This document shows positions 39,701-53,345 of a stretch of 64,000 nucleotides of DNA, one piece after another; positions within the stretch are counted from its first letter, which is position 1, and the number at the start of each line of letters is the position of its first letter. Origin of the DNA: Sphyrna mokarran. Taxonomy: Eukaryota. Made by a program: the position numbers and the translations under genes. The stretch spans positions 55,676,001 through 55,740,000 of the forward strand of contig JAGIQG010000006.1 of assembly GCA_024679065.1 (NCBI GenBank). The letters run 5' to 3'. The notes below the pieces were generated by a model, which did no database searches, was not told the DNA's origin, and saw only the letters and a program-made list of their open reading frames with translations.

Positions 39701-41464
39701 CAACAGCAGTTTTGCTACGATGTAAGTATGTATTGCATAAAGGTCTGAAGAGACAGGAAATAAATAATATTCCCATAGGTTTTTAAGTTTAAATGAAATA
39801 ACCTCAAAACATTACAAACAGACCAGTAAAGCATTGTACTGTTCAGCCTTTAATGTAAGCATATCAAGAACAACCTGGAATGTATATTGTGTAAATTTCC
39901 ATACACGAGAGAACTCAATCTTGCACAGCTTTGGACAGAGGTCTTAGTGGCAATTAAACAAAAGTAGGTCTGTCAAAGATTGAAGCCTTCAATAGCCAGT
40001 TGTAGAGTCCACTATACAAATATGAACTGATTCTACCTCAGCTACTTCCATACCCAGTTGATGTAATCAAGCAAAGCAAATTAGTGCTTAATCATAACTA
40101 AATCACTTCAAATATTTTCCAAACACTCATCTAATGTTTCCTCCGATGCTAAATCATTACTGCATGTTATGTTACAACATACCTCAAAAGGAACAAAACC
40201 TTTAGATTAATAACAACAATAAACAATTTCCTTCCTAAAATAATACTAGTGCATTCATTTTGATTGGCTTGGTCAAGGCATCGTAATTTTTCTTCCTGTC
40301 TAAACACACCCTTGCATAGAACAAAGCAGCACCAGGTACGGAGAAATCTCCAACGCAGATTTTTCAACAGAAGGATTCCTCAGTGAATATTTTCTCCAGA
40401 AGCAGTGGTAAAACACATGCTAAAGTAATGGACGCATTTAATTAACAGCTTTTCAAAGGAAAATGAGCTAAAGTTGTCCACATGCATGAAATCCACATAA
40501 GATTTATCAAAAATCAATGAAATTGTTCAAAAGTTTGCACTGTAGTCACAACAGCAAGTGAGTTAGTACATCTTAGGGTGTTTAACAAATTTCTTCAGAT
40601 TCAATAACTCAGCCTAACAAACACACCTTAGCAATTCAAAATCTGTTTTACATTATTTTACTTATTTGTATTAATTAAGGGAACTCGATAAAAATCAGAT
40701 AAATTTCCGCAGAGTACGATAAAGAGTCGCCAGACAAACAATACATTATCAGTTGTATGCCAACATCACTGATATTATGCAAACACACAAGAGGAGCCTT
40801 CGGTTTCTGGTGGGAGTGAGAGACATTTATTAACATTAAAATAATTCAAACGTAAATTTTCCAAGTGCCCAGGCAGACAATTTTTAAAACACAGATTTGA
40901 ACTTGATTCGAGTTAATTCCTTGGAATGCTGACGATCTTTTCATTCATGGCCTCTCGTAACTTGAGCTCAGGATTTCCAGCACCCATAGTATCGATACCA
41001 CCCCAAATTGCAGCAGGACCCAAAACTAGCTATATTTGAAGCTGGCACCTTCAGTAGCAACTTGAATAAAATCCTTTCATTCTTTATTTCTCGTACTTTG
41101 TTTTATGTGTAAACACACGCTAGGCTGAATATCCAAAATCTGTAAGCTCCCCAAAATCGCTACATGCCTGATTCCAAGGTTCTCAGACATGAAGGTTAGT
41201 ATCTCTATTTTCCTTTTGGCTTCAGTGAATTCGAGATTGCTTTGCAAATCAGAAATTAAACTGCCATTTTTGCGTCAGTGAAATTGTGAAAGCATTTCAC
41301 AAAGGCGCTGTTGGGCGCAATCACTATTACTGCATCCATTGTGTGATAATATAATCCATTACTACAGCATTTATACAATGCAATTATTTTTGCACCTACA
41401 TTCTGTAACAACAACCTATCCTACTGTTAACCTTAATTCAATTGTGGCTTTTTTGTCCAAGAAA

Positions 41465-41835
41465 GCAGTGTGCTCAGTCCCACAGAGATTTGAGTACATT
41501 ATCCAGGCTAACACTCCAATGCAATACTAAGAGTGCGGCACTGTCAGAGGTTCTGTCCTTTAAGTGATATACTAATCCAAGCCCCACCTACTCCTTAGAT
41601 GGGCAAGGACATTCTCAAGGTGTCCTGGCTGAGACTTATCCCTCAATAAAAACCTTCAAAAGCAGATCATCTGGTCATTTTGCTTATTGTTGCTTGTGCG
41701 GCCTTGCTGTGCCCAAGTTATTATCTTGCTTTCCTACGTTTCAAGTCACTACAATCAAAATGTACTTTGAGCCTGTAAAGCAAGTTGGGACGTTCTGAGC
41801 TATGAAAGATGCAATCTAAATGCAAGTTCTTTATT
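41465..41835 (+). mobile_element. Deu-domain SINE (SacSINE1/AmnSINE-like)
   Basis: gcactgtcagagg..ggtgtcctggc..tatccctcaa..gcagatcatctggtcatt..ttgctgtgc..tgaaagatgcaatctaaatgcaagttcttt. Confidence 0.75.
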
Positions 41836-41842
41836 TCTTATT

Positions 41843-42375
41843 ACACCTACATAGTGTGATATTGCAATCAGCTTCACCTATACAATCTGATATTATGATT
41901 TATCACATGTAATACCACAAGCTATCATAAATGTACCTACGGTATGATATTACAATCGATTACTATTGCACCTGCAGTGTGATATTACAATCTATCAGAA
42001 CTGCACCTTCAGTGTGATAATACAATCTGTCATAACTGCACTTGCACAGTGTGATATTATGAAGTATCCTTCATGCACCTATACAATTTGACACTACAAA
42101 CACACACAGATGCATCTACACATGTGAGCTATTGCAACTGTACTAACACAATGTGATGTTACGGTCTATCGCTCACGCGCATCGATTGTGCGATGTTCAG
42201 ATCTATCACTCATGTACCTGCATGGCATGTTACAATCACCACTGATGCACCTAGTGTACCGTTACAATCACCACTGATGCACCTACAGTGTACCGTTACA
42301 ATCACCACTGATGCAGTGTGATGTTATGATCTATCAGAACAGTGTCTGCATGGTGTGACACTACAATCTATCACA
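41843..42375. repeat. degenerate minisatellite with a unit of about 32-37 bp
   Basis: Recurring unit approximately gcacctacagtgtgatattacaatctatcactgat; near-identical copies gttacaatcaccactgatgca at about 42228-42315. Confidence 0.85.
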
Positions 42376-45300
42376 TCCTCACAAATGTGTAGACGTGGTT
42401 ATGAAAAATGCCTTCTGTAGCTGCACAGTATGCAAGTGTGCTTTATAACTACTGTACCTACACATTGTCAAGATATAATCTACAACTGCTGTATCTACAC
42501 AGGGTGAAGATGTGTTCTACAACTGCTGACAACTGTGACTTGTTCAACCCATAAGCATATGGTTGGATGAAACGCTTCTGACTCCCAGCTGCCATCACCT
42601 CTACAGTACAAAGTCCAGCTCTTCTCACACAGCACCAGAACAAGCACTTCAAGCACTCCTGCTTATTAATCCTCTGAGGGCTTGAGGACTTTAAGCTTCT
42701 GTGAAGAAAATGTGGTTTGCATCGGGTGTCTGTTAATAAAGAATGTGATAAAGACAAAGCCCAGATCACACAAAAGGTGAGTACTTTTGGATTAGAAAAG
42801 GACATTTGGAATTTTGGCCTTAACTGGATGTGAGGAAAAAGAAAAACACAAAAAAAGAAATCCTACTGCTCTTCTGACCCAGTTAGAAATCTTCATGGAT
42901 ATTAAGCAGCAGCTTACATGAATAAAAATCTCCAGCTGCTACCGTTTATGAACTGAAGTGGACAAAAGGGAAAAATGAAGGCTAAAGGGGAAGGTTATTC
43001 AAACAGACTTCACTGACAACAAGTCAGCGACTAAGTCCCCAGTAACCAGCTCAGTCTTTCCTGCCTTTCCCATGGTATATTTCACCCAAAAAAGCAAACT
43101 AATTCCTCCTTTTATTGTTTCTCAAGCTTCGTCAGCACATGATTGACCAAAAAGGGGGCAGACTAATACCCGAGATAAAACTTGAGAATGCGTTGACATC
43201 TTAGAAAAACAAGGGCCAGCTATTCTCTGAAGTCCGATCGACTTCTCCTGCACCCCACCCCCTACACACACAGAAACCCTCCTCAAACTCCCTTCAAAAA
43301 TGTTGACGTGGAAGGCTTAGGACAGTTTTAGGTCCTGCTTAAGATCTATTCATCTCATTAGCTTTAAGCCGATTAATAAGAATGGCCAGTTTGCCCCCTG
43401 GATATTTTAGAAGTGAAGAAGTTAGCTGAAAGATCTCAACGGAAGGGTTTTGTGTTCAGGACAATAATAAGGTGGCTTTTTAAATCCTTCATCGCTCTCA
43501 TCATTAGGACTGAGAGTCTGTATTCAAATGAACTGGAGCTGGTCAAACCAAGCTCTTCATACAATCAATTTAAACTGCTGTATAAACAAAGAGAAAATAA
43601 ACCACAGAATAAGAGTTTGAGATGCAGAATTTTTACTATCTTGAACAAAAATTACACACAGCATGAATCAACTTTTTAACCAAACACCAGCTTTGTCGAA
43701 GGTTTTCTCCTGTGAAACAGGAATAGTTTTTATTCATGCAAATGGTATGAGAATAAAGTGCTCCAACTGTAATAGGGGCAAAATGCATCGGCTGCATGCA
43801 CTCCAGACTTTTGGAGTTGCAATACTCTCCTACAAAAGGTTCAGCACAAGAGACATGACAGGGGGACACTTTGGTCACTCAGCCAAGACAGCCAGTAAGG
43901 TTTATAAACTCATGTAAAGCTACCTGCTGCTGAGAAATGCAGTGAGATTGCCGTCACAGATAAGCCAAGAATCATACATTTTGTCTCATCATTTTGTGGA
44001 CAAAACTCGTCCACAAAACTTCAGACATCAATACTATGTTGAAGCAAGACAAAAAAATCCATAAAAAATGCTGCATTTGTATAGTGTGATATGGAGCTGT
44101 CTAATTGCAGTGTTTTTCCCTCGTCTTCTGGTGGTATACGGTTCCATTTGCCGCAATTAGGCCATTTTTCCATTCAGAAGTGGACCAAGCTACTATTCGT
44201 GAGGCATTTCCACCATGGAGACAATGGTGTTCAATTTGATTCCGATGGATCTGATATCCAGATTTGAACTATTCTCAACGGTAGAGATCTGAACCCCATA
44301 GCTGGTTTTGACTCTACCTTATCTAAAGAATACTATAGCTCATTCCAAAAGTAAATTAAATGCAGACTAGAGCCTGAGCCATTCTGCCTGTACAACTCAG
44401 TGCACCTATTGACTAAGTACTCTGGTGAACTTAGACTACGATGGCCTTCACAACTGAATAATTGCCATTGTGTTGAGTTATTTCCAGGAAATATTAAGCT
44501 AGCCTGTTAAACATGTTCCAAAATTTGCACCAGCCATTAATGGCCTTCTGATGAAAGCCTTCATTTATAACCATTTCTCACTAATTCTTCCAGAACATTG
44601 ACACTCCTCTGCAAGTTCAGAAGTGCAAATCTGCACCAATAGCATAAATGAGGCACTGGGTCTAACGTAAAAAAAATCTGAGATCAATCAGAATTAGTTG
44701 TGACTTATTAAATCCTGGCACAGAAGTCAAGAAATCAAATTATCTCCGATTGCAAGAGAGGTGCAAATTTGTTCAAAATAAATGCTTATTCTTTGATGCA
44801 ATTGGTAATTCTACACCAGCTCAATCTTATTTATTAATAAATATACAAGAAGACCCAATTGACACTAGTGATGTCGCACTTAATAATCAGTGGTTGCAGC
44901 AGCAAACCTCACTCCAAAGTCTATGAGAAAAAGCACTTTGCTAAGTTACACTAGAAAACACATTCATTAATAGATCATCCATTCTCTTAATTTGCAAAAA
45001 TAGAAACCAACAAGAAAAGGCTGACGCACGTAACACAAGATATCACAGAGCAATAAATCAGAAGGTGAGGAAAATCATGAAACCGTGATTACGTGACTGC
45101 AGCTTAGAGTGGAAGGGAGGAATAACAAAGTGGTGTTTCAAAATCCAGAAGAATGGGTTTGAGTTGGAAAATTTTCCATGAGATTTAAATTTTGAGGGAG
45201 TGCAAAGCAAATCTCTGGAGGTAAAATAAGAAATTTGACAGTAGTCCTGACTGTCTCAATGTTGCTAAAAGAGAGAGAAAAATGCAAGGCAACTTACGGG

Positions 45301-47710
45301 TTTAGTTATAATCAATACAGAATTGCAAGCATTTGCTGTCATCATCAAAATGACCTTGGTTTTTATAGGCACAAATTATTTGTATAGGTAGTAAGTCACA
45401 TCGAGACAAATGTAAACTTGCACACAAGTTGAGCAAGTTTAAGAGAGAATGAGTAAGCATTTTAAAAGTCTAATGATCATATAGTAAATAATTTAATGAG
45501 CATCAACACATCAGAGCAAGAGAAACCGTCCAGCATTGAACAGCCATATAATCAATCAATAACATTACCAACAACTGCAGTTCAAACCGCTGTTGTATGG
45601 AATCCTATTTATAATGCTGCTAATTATATTTATGAAATGGCAACTTCTTTACTGGACAAGATAAAAAAATCAGAATCTGTCTGCAACTCAGTAATGTTAG
45701 CAGCATTAAACATTTGTGCATTCATCAAGCACATATTTTGCTGGTGCAGGGAATGGAAATTTTTGTTGTCATCACACAGCCTTGGTATGATGGCATTGAT
45801 CCTGACTGCCCGTGACACCACCTTATCCCGCTGACTGCTGCACAAAAAGATCAAACACATACAGTAGGATCTCAAAACTGACAAAGACAAGAATCTCAGA
45901 GCCAACGCTCCCATCACCATAACCCCCACCCCCTGCAATCCACCACACACTCTTGATTTGAATTGTAATTTGTACAAAGTCAAGGATGCAGGAGGGGGTG
46001 AGTTGATGTGAGTATATATCCTGCATTCCTTGGGGGCTACTTCCTAGCATGGAACACAGCCTATGGTAACGTACAAGATCAGATGTGTATGCAAATCACA
46101 AATGCTTATTGCAACACAGTCAGTCACCATGTAACCACCATGTCCCATCAAACTGTAGCTTCCTGTGGCATTTTGTGAGGGCACTTCAATATTGTTGAAA
46201 TTATTCTATCTTTGCTGTAATTTTCCCTTGCAACTAAATAACATGCACAATATGCAGGAATTCTTTTTGCAGCTTTTACATAAAAGAAAGCTCGTACGTG
46301 CATTGAAAGCTGAAATTTAACTAAATAGCTCTTAAAAGAACTGCCACACTTGTTCACATCCCCTTAAAACTAAGGGATCTACTCTCTAATTGCAGCTAAC
46401 TAGTTCTGATCCAAAAAACTCAATTGTTCATACTCCTCATTTGAGCTATCAATTTGGCTAGAGCACCAAATTTTATACTAAACTAAAAATAAAACAACAA
46501 TAAGAATGAATCAGTTTGTGCTAGAAAGCCCAACAAACACCACTTCACTATAATACACAGGGCACAGGAAACATGGTATAAATTAGTGTTCAGCCCAGAC
46601 TCTGTTTTACCCCAGAATCAACAGTAGGGCTGGACATTTACTCTGGTACACTGAAGTAATTTTTTTTGATATATACCTCACTTAAATTTGCCCACCAGAT
46701 CACTTTCAAAATTGCAGTTCAACTATAGCAAACAACTGTATGCGCATCCAACCGTAACGTGTCATGTTCACAACTAAGGTAGTTTGGAGTGCTCAGGTTT
46801 TTGTTTAAATTGCAAAATCAACCCAAAGACTGCCCTATTCACTTTTCACTGGTGTAAACTAACCCCAAGGCACCTTCCAATATATTCCCAAAAAAGACAA
46901 AAAGGGTTAAATTTAGCTGAATTTATATTGTCATGCTAAATATTCCACGTGTTTAGACCCTACCCAATGACACACAAAGGGCAAAATGTTAAGTGCATCA
47001 ATTAGCTCCCTCCATTTATAAATCCAGCCTCACCATACAGGCAGACTGTTTTTCATTTAGCTTTGTGGAAGTTTGTAGTTAAGTACATGTCAGTGCTCTT
47101 TGTATATTTTACTTTCCTTTACATTAGTACTTAGAGGTTCCAATGTAATGCCTATTTTACTTCCCTCCCTCCCTACTTCTTCCTATATCTTTCTTATGCT
47201 GATTCTTAGCTTTTATCTCGCACATACTTTGGTGTCAGTCATGGAGCACTGGTTAAGGACAGAACAATAGCAGTCTTTTAATTTGGTGATCCCCGCTTTT
47301 AGAGCGGTCACAGCTCCAACAGTCAATATTTACGGGAGTTTGACGGTACTGTTTTATGGTTCCTTCCAAGTGGAACTCAGCAGCAGAGAACCATGAAAGG
47401 ACCTGGACATTCGGAAATATTGGGCAAACAGCATTCAACAAATTAACCAGAAAAGCCAGAGTACATTCAAAGACCTGGGCTTCCAGAAATATTGGACGAA
47501 CAAGTATTAAAACAAAAATAAGCTGAGAAACCGAAAAGAAAACTACCTCTGACAACAACATGCCAAAATACTGTTATGTTCCTCCCATCACTACCAGAAA
47601 ATACAATCACAGGATTATAAGAAAAGCAATATTTTCCAGAAGAAGCATCATTAACTTGTTCAGAACTTCTCATATATGTGACTCTGCCTCTGCAAACTAA
47701 CTACTCGAAA

Positions 47711-48010
47711 CAGTAGCACAGTGGTTAGCACTGCTGCCTCTCAGCATTAAGGACCCAAGTTTAATTCCAGCCTTGGATCACTGTGTGGAGTTTACACATT
47801 TTCCCCATGGGTTTCCTCCAAGTGCTGCGCTTTCCTCCCACAGCCCAAAGATGTGTGGGTTAGGTAGATTGGCCATGCTAAATTGATCCTTGTGTCAGGG
47901 GGATTAGTAGGGTTAATACGTGGGGTTACAGGTCGAGAGCCTGGGTGGGATTGTGATTGGTGTAGACCTAATGGTCCTAACGGCCTCCTTCTGCACTGTA
48001 GAATTCTATG
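47711..48010 (+). mobile_element. V-SINE (HE1-type) with CR1 tail
   Basis: gcacagtggttagcactgctgcctc..tgtggagtttacacatt..ggcctccttctgcactgtagaattctatg. Confidence 0.88.
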
Positions 48011-49256
48011 AAAATAATTTTCTCCATTTTCTCCAACAAATCTACTGCTATTCTAACAAAATATTATATTACATCAGCATAACAGGGAGACACACCCAGG
48101 ATAGATCATCAATGGCACCTGAACAGTTCTATACTGCGCAGGAACTAAAACTCAGGGTTGAATACTTGGGGAGAGAAAGCATGTTAATGTGTTAACTTTT
48201 TTAAAAATACCTTTGGTATTTTCCTAAATTGCTGCAAGACAACTGAGGTCACCTCCCCTGGACGGAGGAGAGAAGAGAATTTTAAATTTGGACCTCAGCA
48301 TCTGCCAATGAAATATTCATTTCTTTTGTGAAAACGCTTTGCGCAATATAAAATAATTTTCAGAATGTTATCTGTGGAACTCCAATTAAGGAAAAAGTCA
48401 TGCACAAAACTGCTTTTGAAGCTAATAAATCTCTGGGATAGATCTTGACTGTGTAGTTGTGCCAATCAGACAATGGCAAGTCACTAATCTGCTTTACATC
48501 TCTCCCTATTTTCACTTCCATTGACTTCAAGGACATGGCTTCTGAAAACAAAGATAGGCCAAATGGTCTTGTTCACTTCTAAGAATCTTGTGATGTGCTA
48601 ACAGTGACTACTATTCAACCACTTAGGAATAACCAATTTAGCCCCTTGCTGTTGCTGCCAGTAACTGCAAAAAAGGAGACAAATATATTTTATGTCATGA
48701 AACTAATCACATGAATGCAAGTCAGTTTTACTTTAAAAAACAAACTTTTGCAATGATCTCAAAATGCTTTGTGACGGCTTCACTAAATATGAACAAGTAC
48801 ATTGACTGCAGAACGTGTAATGCTGTGTTTGATAATAAGGTGACTATATGTCCTCATGTTTTATCTTATCCCCTCCAAAATCCTCAAAAAGCAGCACTGC
48901 AACTTCCAGAAGGGAAGAGGTTGGGAGTCTACTTTTAATCCTCTTCCTATCCTATCCTTAACCAACCAGTATAGATATGCCAAAATAGAATATAGCTCAA
49001 ATGTTCTATTCAATGCATTATGTACCATCAAAATGCTATCAGATGATAATAGAACTTCTATTTATAAGAGAATGCAGCTTGCATAATAAATGCTAGGGTT
49101 GATTTTCACCACTACTATTTGTTCGACATTCGAACCTTTGTGAGTACTGACACCAATTAAGGATATAACCAGCACTGACAATTGTCATCAACTAAATCTG
49201 CTAAAATTAGAGTATTTTGTATTAAATTCATAAAACAAATTGCGAGAAAAACACTA

Positions 49257-49355
49257 TGGGTGCAATCTTATGGGCCATTCATACCCTGCTGTCACGCAGT
49301 TGGAGAATTTGGCACCCAGCCAAATCTCCATTCATTGCAATGGGACCAAAAAATC

Positions 49356-49357
<2 letters not shown>
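49257..49357 (+). repeat. short interspersed MITE-like repeat, copy 2
   Basis: Homologous to 7220-7350. Confidence 0.55.

Positions 49358-49389
<32 letters not shown>
49358..49389. repeat. (CA)n microsatellite
   Basis: Directly visible. Confidence 0.97.
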
Positions 49390-49392
<3 letters not shown>

Positions 49393-49735
49393 TGCTTTTC
49401 ACAACTACATAATGTCCCAAAGAGATTTACAACTAATGAAGTATTTTTGAAGTGTTGTCACTGTTGTTACATATGAAACACAACGGCTAATTCATGCACA
49501 GCGATGTGATAATAATCAGATAATCTGCTATTGGGATGTCAGTTGACAGGATAAATATTGGTTAGGACACATGGGATATCTTCTCTGGTCTTAGTAGTAT
49601 CATGGGATCTTTTACATTCATCTGAGATGGCAGACAATCCTTCAATTTAATGTCTCAAAGAAACAGCATCTCTGACAGCGCATCACTTCCTTAATACTCC
49701 ACTAGAGTGTTGATCTAGATTGCAGTATTCAACAA
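49390..49735 (-). mobile_element. Deu-domain SINE body and tail
   Basis: Reverse-complement homology to 41465-41835 (gtcccaaag..tttacaactaatgaagta..cagataatctg..ataaatattgg..tctgacagcgca). Confidence 0.78.
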
Positions 49736-49779
49736 TATCTACTCAAATTTACCTACAATTTACTAAGACATCAAAAGGC

Positions 49780-50530
49780 AGTTTTCAGGAACATTATGAA
49801 ATGAATTATAACACCAAACCACCTAAGATACAATCAGATCAGAATGGCAGATTTTAATGAGGGTCTTAAAAGCAGAAAGCGAGCAACTGGCAAGGATGTT
49901 TAGGGAGGTAATTCCAGAAGTTAGGGAATTAACAACTGAAACATGACCTCCGATGGCAGAATGATTAAAATCGGGGATGGGCAAGAGGCCAGAGCGTGAG
50001 TGCAGAGATCTTGGATGGTGGTAGTGTTGGAGCAGATGAGAAATGGGAAGAATGAGGCCAAGGAAGGATATAAAAAGGTTGAGAATTTTAAAATCAGGAC
50101 ATTTCTTAACTAGAAGCCAATGTAGGTCAATGGATGATAGTTGAGCAAGACTAATGCAGAGTTATAGATGATCACATGTTTAAGGAGGGTACAAAGTGAG
50201 TAGCAGTCAGAAGTATTTTGGAATTGTCATGTCTAAAGGTAACATGAATGAGGGTTTCAGCGACAGATAAGTTGACACTGGCAAAATCAGGTGGAAATAG
50301 GTAATCTTCATGATTAGTTGTTAAGTATCAGAAACTCAAATCGGGGCCAATTATGAGTGTGTTAACAGTGTGATTTTAGTCTCTGACCGCTGCCAGTGAC
50401 TGTGATTGGTGTTAGCACCTGGCAAATGGTTTGGAGAAGAACTGAAAACAAAGGCTTCAGTATTTCCAATATTCAATTGAAGATAAATTCAGGTCATCCA
50501 GTACTGGACATCAGATAAGCAATTTGATAA
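49780..50530 (-). mobile_element. L2 LINE 3' fragment
   Basis: Purine-rich antisense L2 pattern (gggtcttaaa..tttagggagg..ttccaga..gagaattttaaaatc..agccaatgtaggtca..catccagtactggacatc). Confidence 0.65.
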
Positions 50531-50542
50531 TCTACATCCCAA

Positions 50543-50610
50543 AGCAGGGCTTGAACTCATAACCTTTTAACACAAAGGGAAAAATGTTACCAAATGAGCC
50601 ATAGCTGACA
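50543..50610 (-). mobile_element. tRNA-like SINE head, probably belonging to the SINE at 49390-49735
   Basis: gggcttgaactcataacctt..ccaaatgagccatagctgaca is an antisense box B/box A head. Confidence 0.55.
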
Positions 50611-52004
50611 GTAATGTAATCTCAACCTTCTTAAATAGTTGTTACGCACTTAAGAGCACAAGCAGAACGTCTCAATGGTTGCAGCTTGCTTCTTTGGTAT
50701 GTTCAGTTACAACTTTCTGATCCTCACTCATCATTTCATCATTTAACAGAAGTCATCCACAGTTTGTGACTACCTACAGTGATACTTCTTCACTTCCAAG
50801 TTGCAAAATAAATATAAGCTTTGGCGAAATCTCTGGATTGGAAAACAATTTGATAAACCCACAAGAGCGTACATCCCGTTAATACCCTTGAAATTAATAA
50901 ACGTAAAATTTAAAAGATACATTCTTCAGACAGAGATCACCTGCACTGTTTAAACTGTGTGACGTGCAACAATCTTCCTTTTAGTATTTATGTTAATCTC
51001 CACCTAGCTATTCTCTCGCACTTAATCATAGCGATTATTTATTGATTTACAGGGATATTACTTTCAATCACACATGAGGCAGCATATCAAGAGTAAAGGC
51101 TAACTATTGGAAAGGGAGTCCTCCAACATTTCATCCTTCTGCTCTCAAACTATATAAGCCTCTCCAGCAGCATCCATTTTGAAAGTAGTCACTCAGTTTC
51201 CTCAGCTAGTTCTGAACACGAGTGCACCTCAAAGGTCATTCTGTGCAACTACTCAGAGACTGACGTACAAATGCAATGACTGAAAGCAAGGACAGCAGCT
51301 CCTTTGATTCATACATAATCACAAAGCTTTTTAAAACCACATGCAAGACTAAAATTCTCAATTTTTATAAATGAAGCTCAATGAAAGATGCAGTTTAAGT
51401 GTCTTAAATTTAAATGACTTAATCCTCCTTTCTCTTTCCCCTCCCACACCCACCCTTCCCCCGTTCCTTTCATTACCTTTGCCCGTGTCATCAAAAAGAG
51501 ACCATTTGCCCTCCTCTGGGACATGACCCACGGATATGTGGAGCTAAGCTGATGAGCCTTCTGCATTTGCCACCCTCCTGAACAACACATAGCGCAATTA
51601 TTGTGCTGCCCTGGGCAATGTATGTGGAGGCACCTGCTTGCATAGAAACACCAAATGCAATGTCCATGAGTTCTGAAGTTTCATAAAATAAACATGCCCA
51701 CATTAAATGAAGGACATGAGTGCAAAGTATTTTACACAAATCAATCAAATCACAGTAACTCCTCAAGTATAAACTCTAAGTATAAACTCACTTTCTGCAA
51801 CTTATTTACAATACCTTCAAACTGATGGTTCTGCCCCATTTTACAAACTAACTTAAAACATACAATTTTTATTTTGTACATTTACAAAATGCACTTGCTA
51901 ACTAAAGCAATACTGCTGGAATAGCCTGTGGTCAATTCAAAGATCATCCAATCTGACAGGTCATGAAACATACACATACACTTTGTCTTAGAACCAGAGA
52001 GCAT

Positions 52005-52320
52005 TTATACTGCAGAAACAGGCATTTTGACCCATCAAACACCTACATTGCAGAAAAAGGTTATTCAGCCCATTGAGTCTGCACCAACTCTCTGAAAGGG
52101 CATCCCAATCATTCGCCTCATCTCTCTAAGAATTTACCGTAGACACCAAGGGGCAATTTATCATGGCCTATCCACCCACCTGCACATCTTTGGACTATGG
52201 GAGGAAACTGGAGTACCCAGAAGAAATCCCCACAGACACAGGGCGAATGAGCAAACTCCACACAAACAAACAGTCACCTTAGGCCGGGGTGGCAGCAGTG
52301 CTTACCACTGTACGACCCAT
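52005..52320 (-). mobile_element. V-SINE with duplicated CR1-type tail
   Basis: ggggcaattta..cctgcacatctttggactatgggaggaaactggag..gcagtgcttaccactg; two tail-like starts at about 52008 and 52046. Confidence 0.8.
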
Positions 52321-53089
52321 ACTTTATTTACTTTGCTAACATGCGAGGCTAGTGTCAGTTGTTCAGCGTATTCCTTATTCACTTTCCCAAAGTATAGGGC
52401 CAGTAGCTGTGCAAACAAATGAATTCACAATTATCCTCTTGCATTTCCACAGTACTTTTTAGCAAAACTCTACAAACGTTACAGAGTCAAAAGGGGAAAA
52501 CAGACCGTGGGTGGGGATACTGAAGTTGTAAAATATATCTTTGGGACGAGGTTTGAAGATCTGAAAAAAAAGCAACAATACTTTTTTTTAAATCTTGCCT
52601 CCTCGTCATAAACAGCCATCAGTAAAACACATACTTTGTCATGTTTTTCCCCAAATGACAAGTTTAACAATAGTGACAGTCATGTGTGTAATTAGTTTTC
52701 ATTGTTCCCCTGACAGTCATTGCTCAAAGCAGGACCTTGTCTTTGCTGTTTTAAATATTATGGAAAATGCTTCACTGACAAGTACTTAATTACTATGTGG
52801 TACTGACAGGTCATGATGGGAGCAAAGGAAAGACTGACTGCCAGAATCATTTTAGAAACAGACAGAATGGCCAGGAAAACTACTCCTGTTTTTCACAGAG
52901 CCACTAAAAAATGCCACCACCTCGCACTTATAGTAGTTGTAGCAAAGAAACATGTCCCAATGCAGTTTATCGAAGTGCAAAAAAAAATGGAGGCAAAGAT
53001 ATTATGGGGTGGTCAAAAGATTGGTCAAAGAGAATGGTAATAAGGAGGGTCAAATGGAGTGAGCTGTGAAAGATGCAAAAAAAAAAAGG

Positions 53090-53345
53090 GTTAAAGCTAC
53101 CATGAAATGGAGAGGGAAGCAGGAGATGTTTGACTCAGGAATATGAGTTTGAGGAAGGGACTTTAGTGTTGAAGAAAGTTAGAGATAAGAAAAGGGTGAG
53201 GAAGGATAATGCACCATTACCACAGTCACAGAAAATGTTGCTTTGGACCATTTCAGTACTGTAGAAAGGGTGGAAATGTATTTGAGCGATTCTGATAGGT
53301 TCTTGCAGGAAATATTGGCAAAGATTTGAGAGGCAACACGGAAAG
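53090..53345 (-). mobile_element. L2/CR1-group reverse transcriptase fragment
   Basis: Overlapping ORFs give VASQIFANIS..ESL and FHPFYSTE..NIFCDC..GALSFL, resembling the RT segment Q.GFR..HSTETAL...NDIL. Confidence 0.6.

Noticed and set aside
41843-42375. CRISPR-like array
   Set aside because: The units are contiguous and degenerate with no unique spacers, there are no cas genes, and the context is vertebrate.
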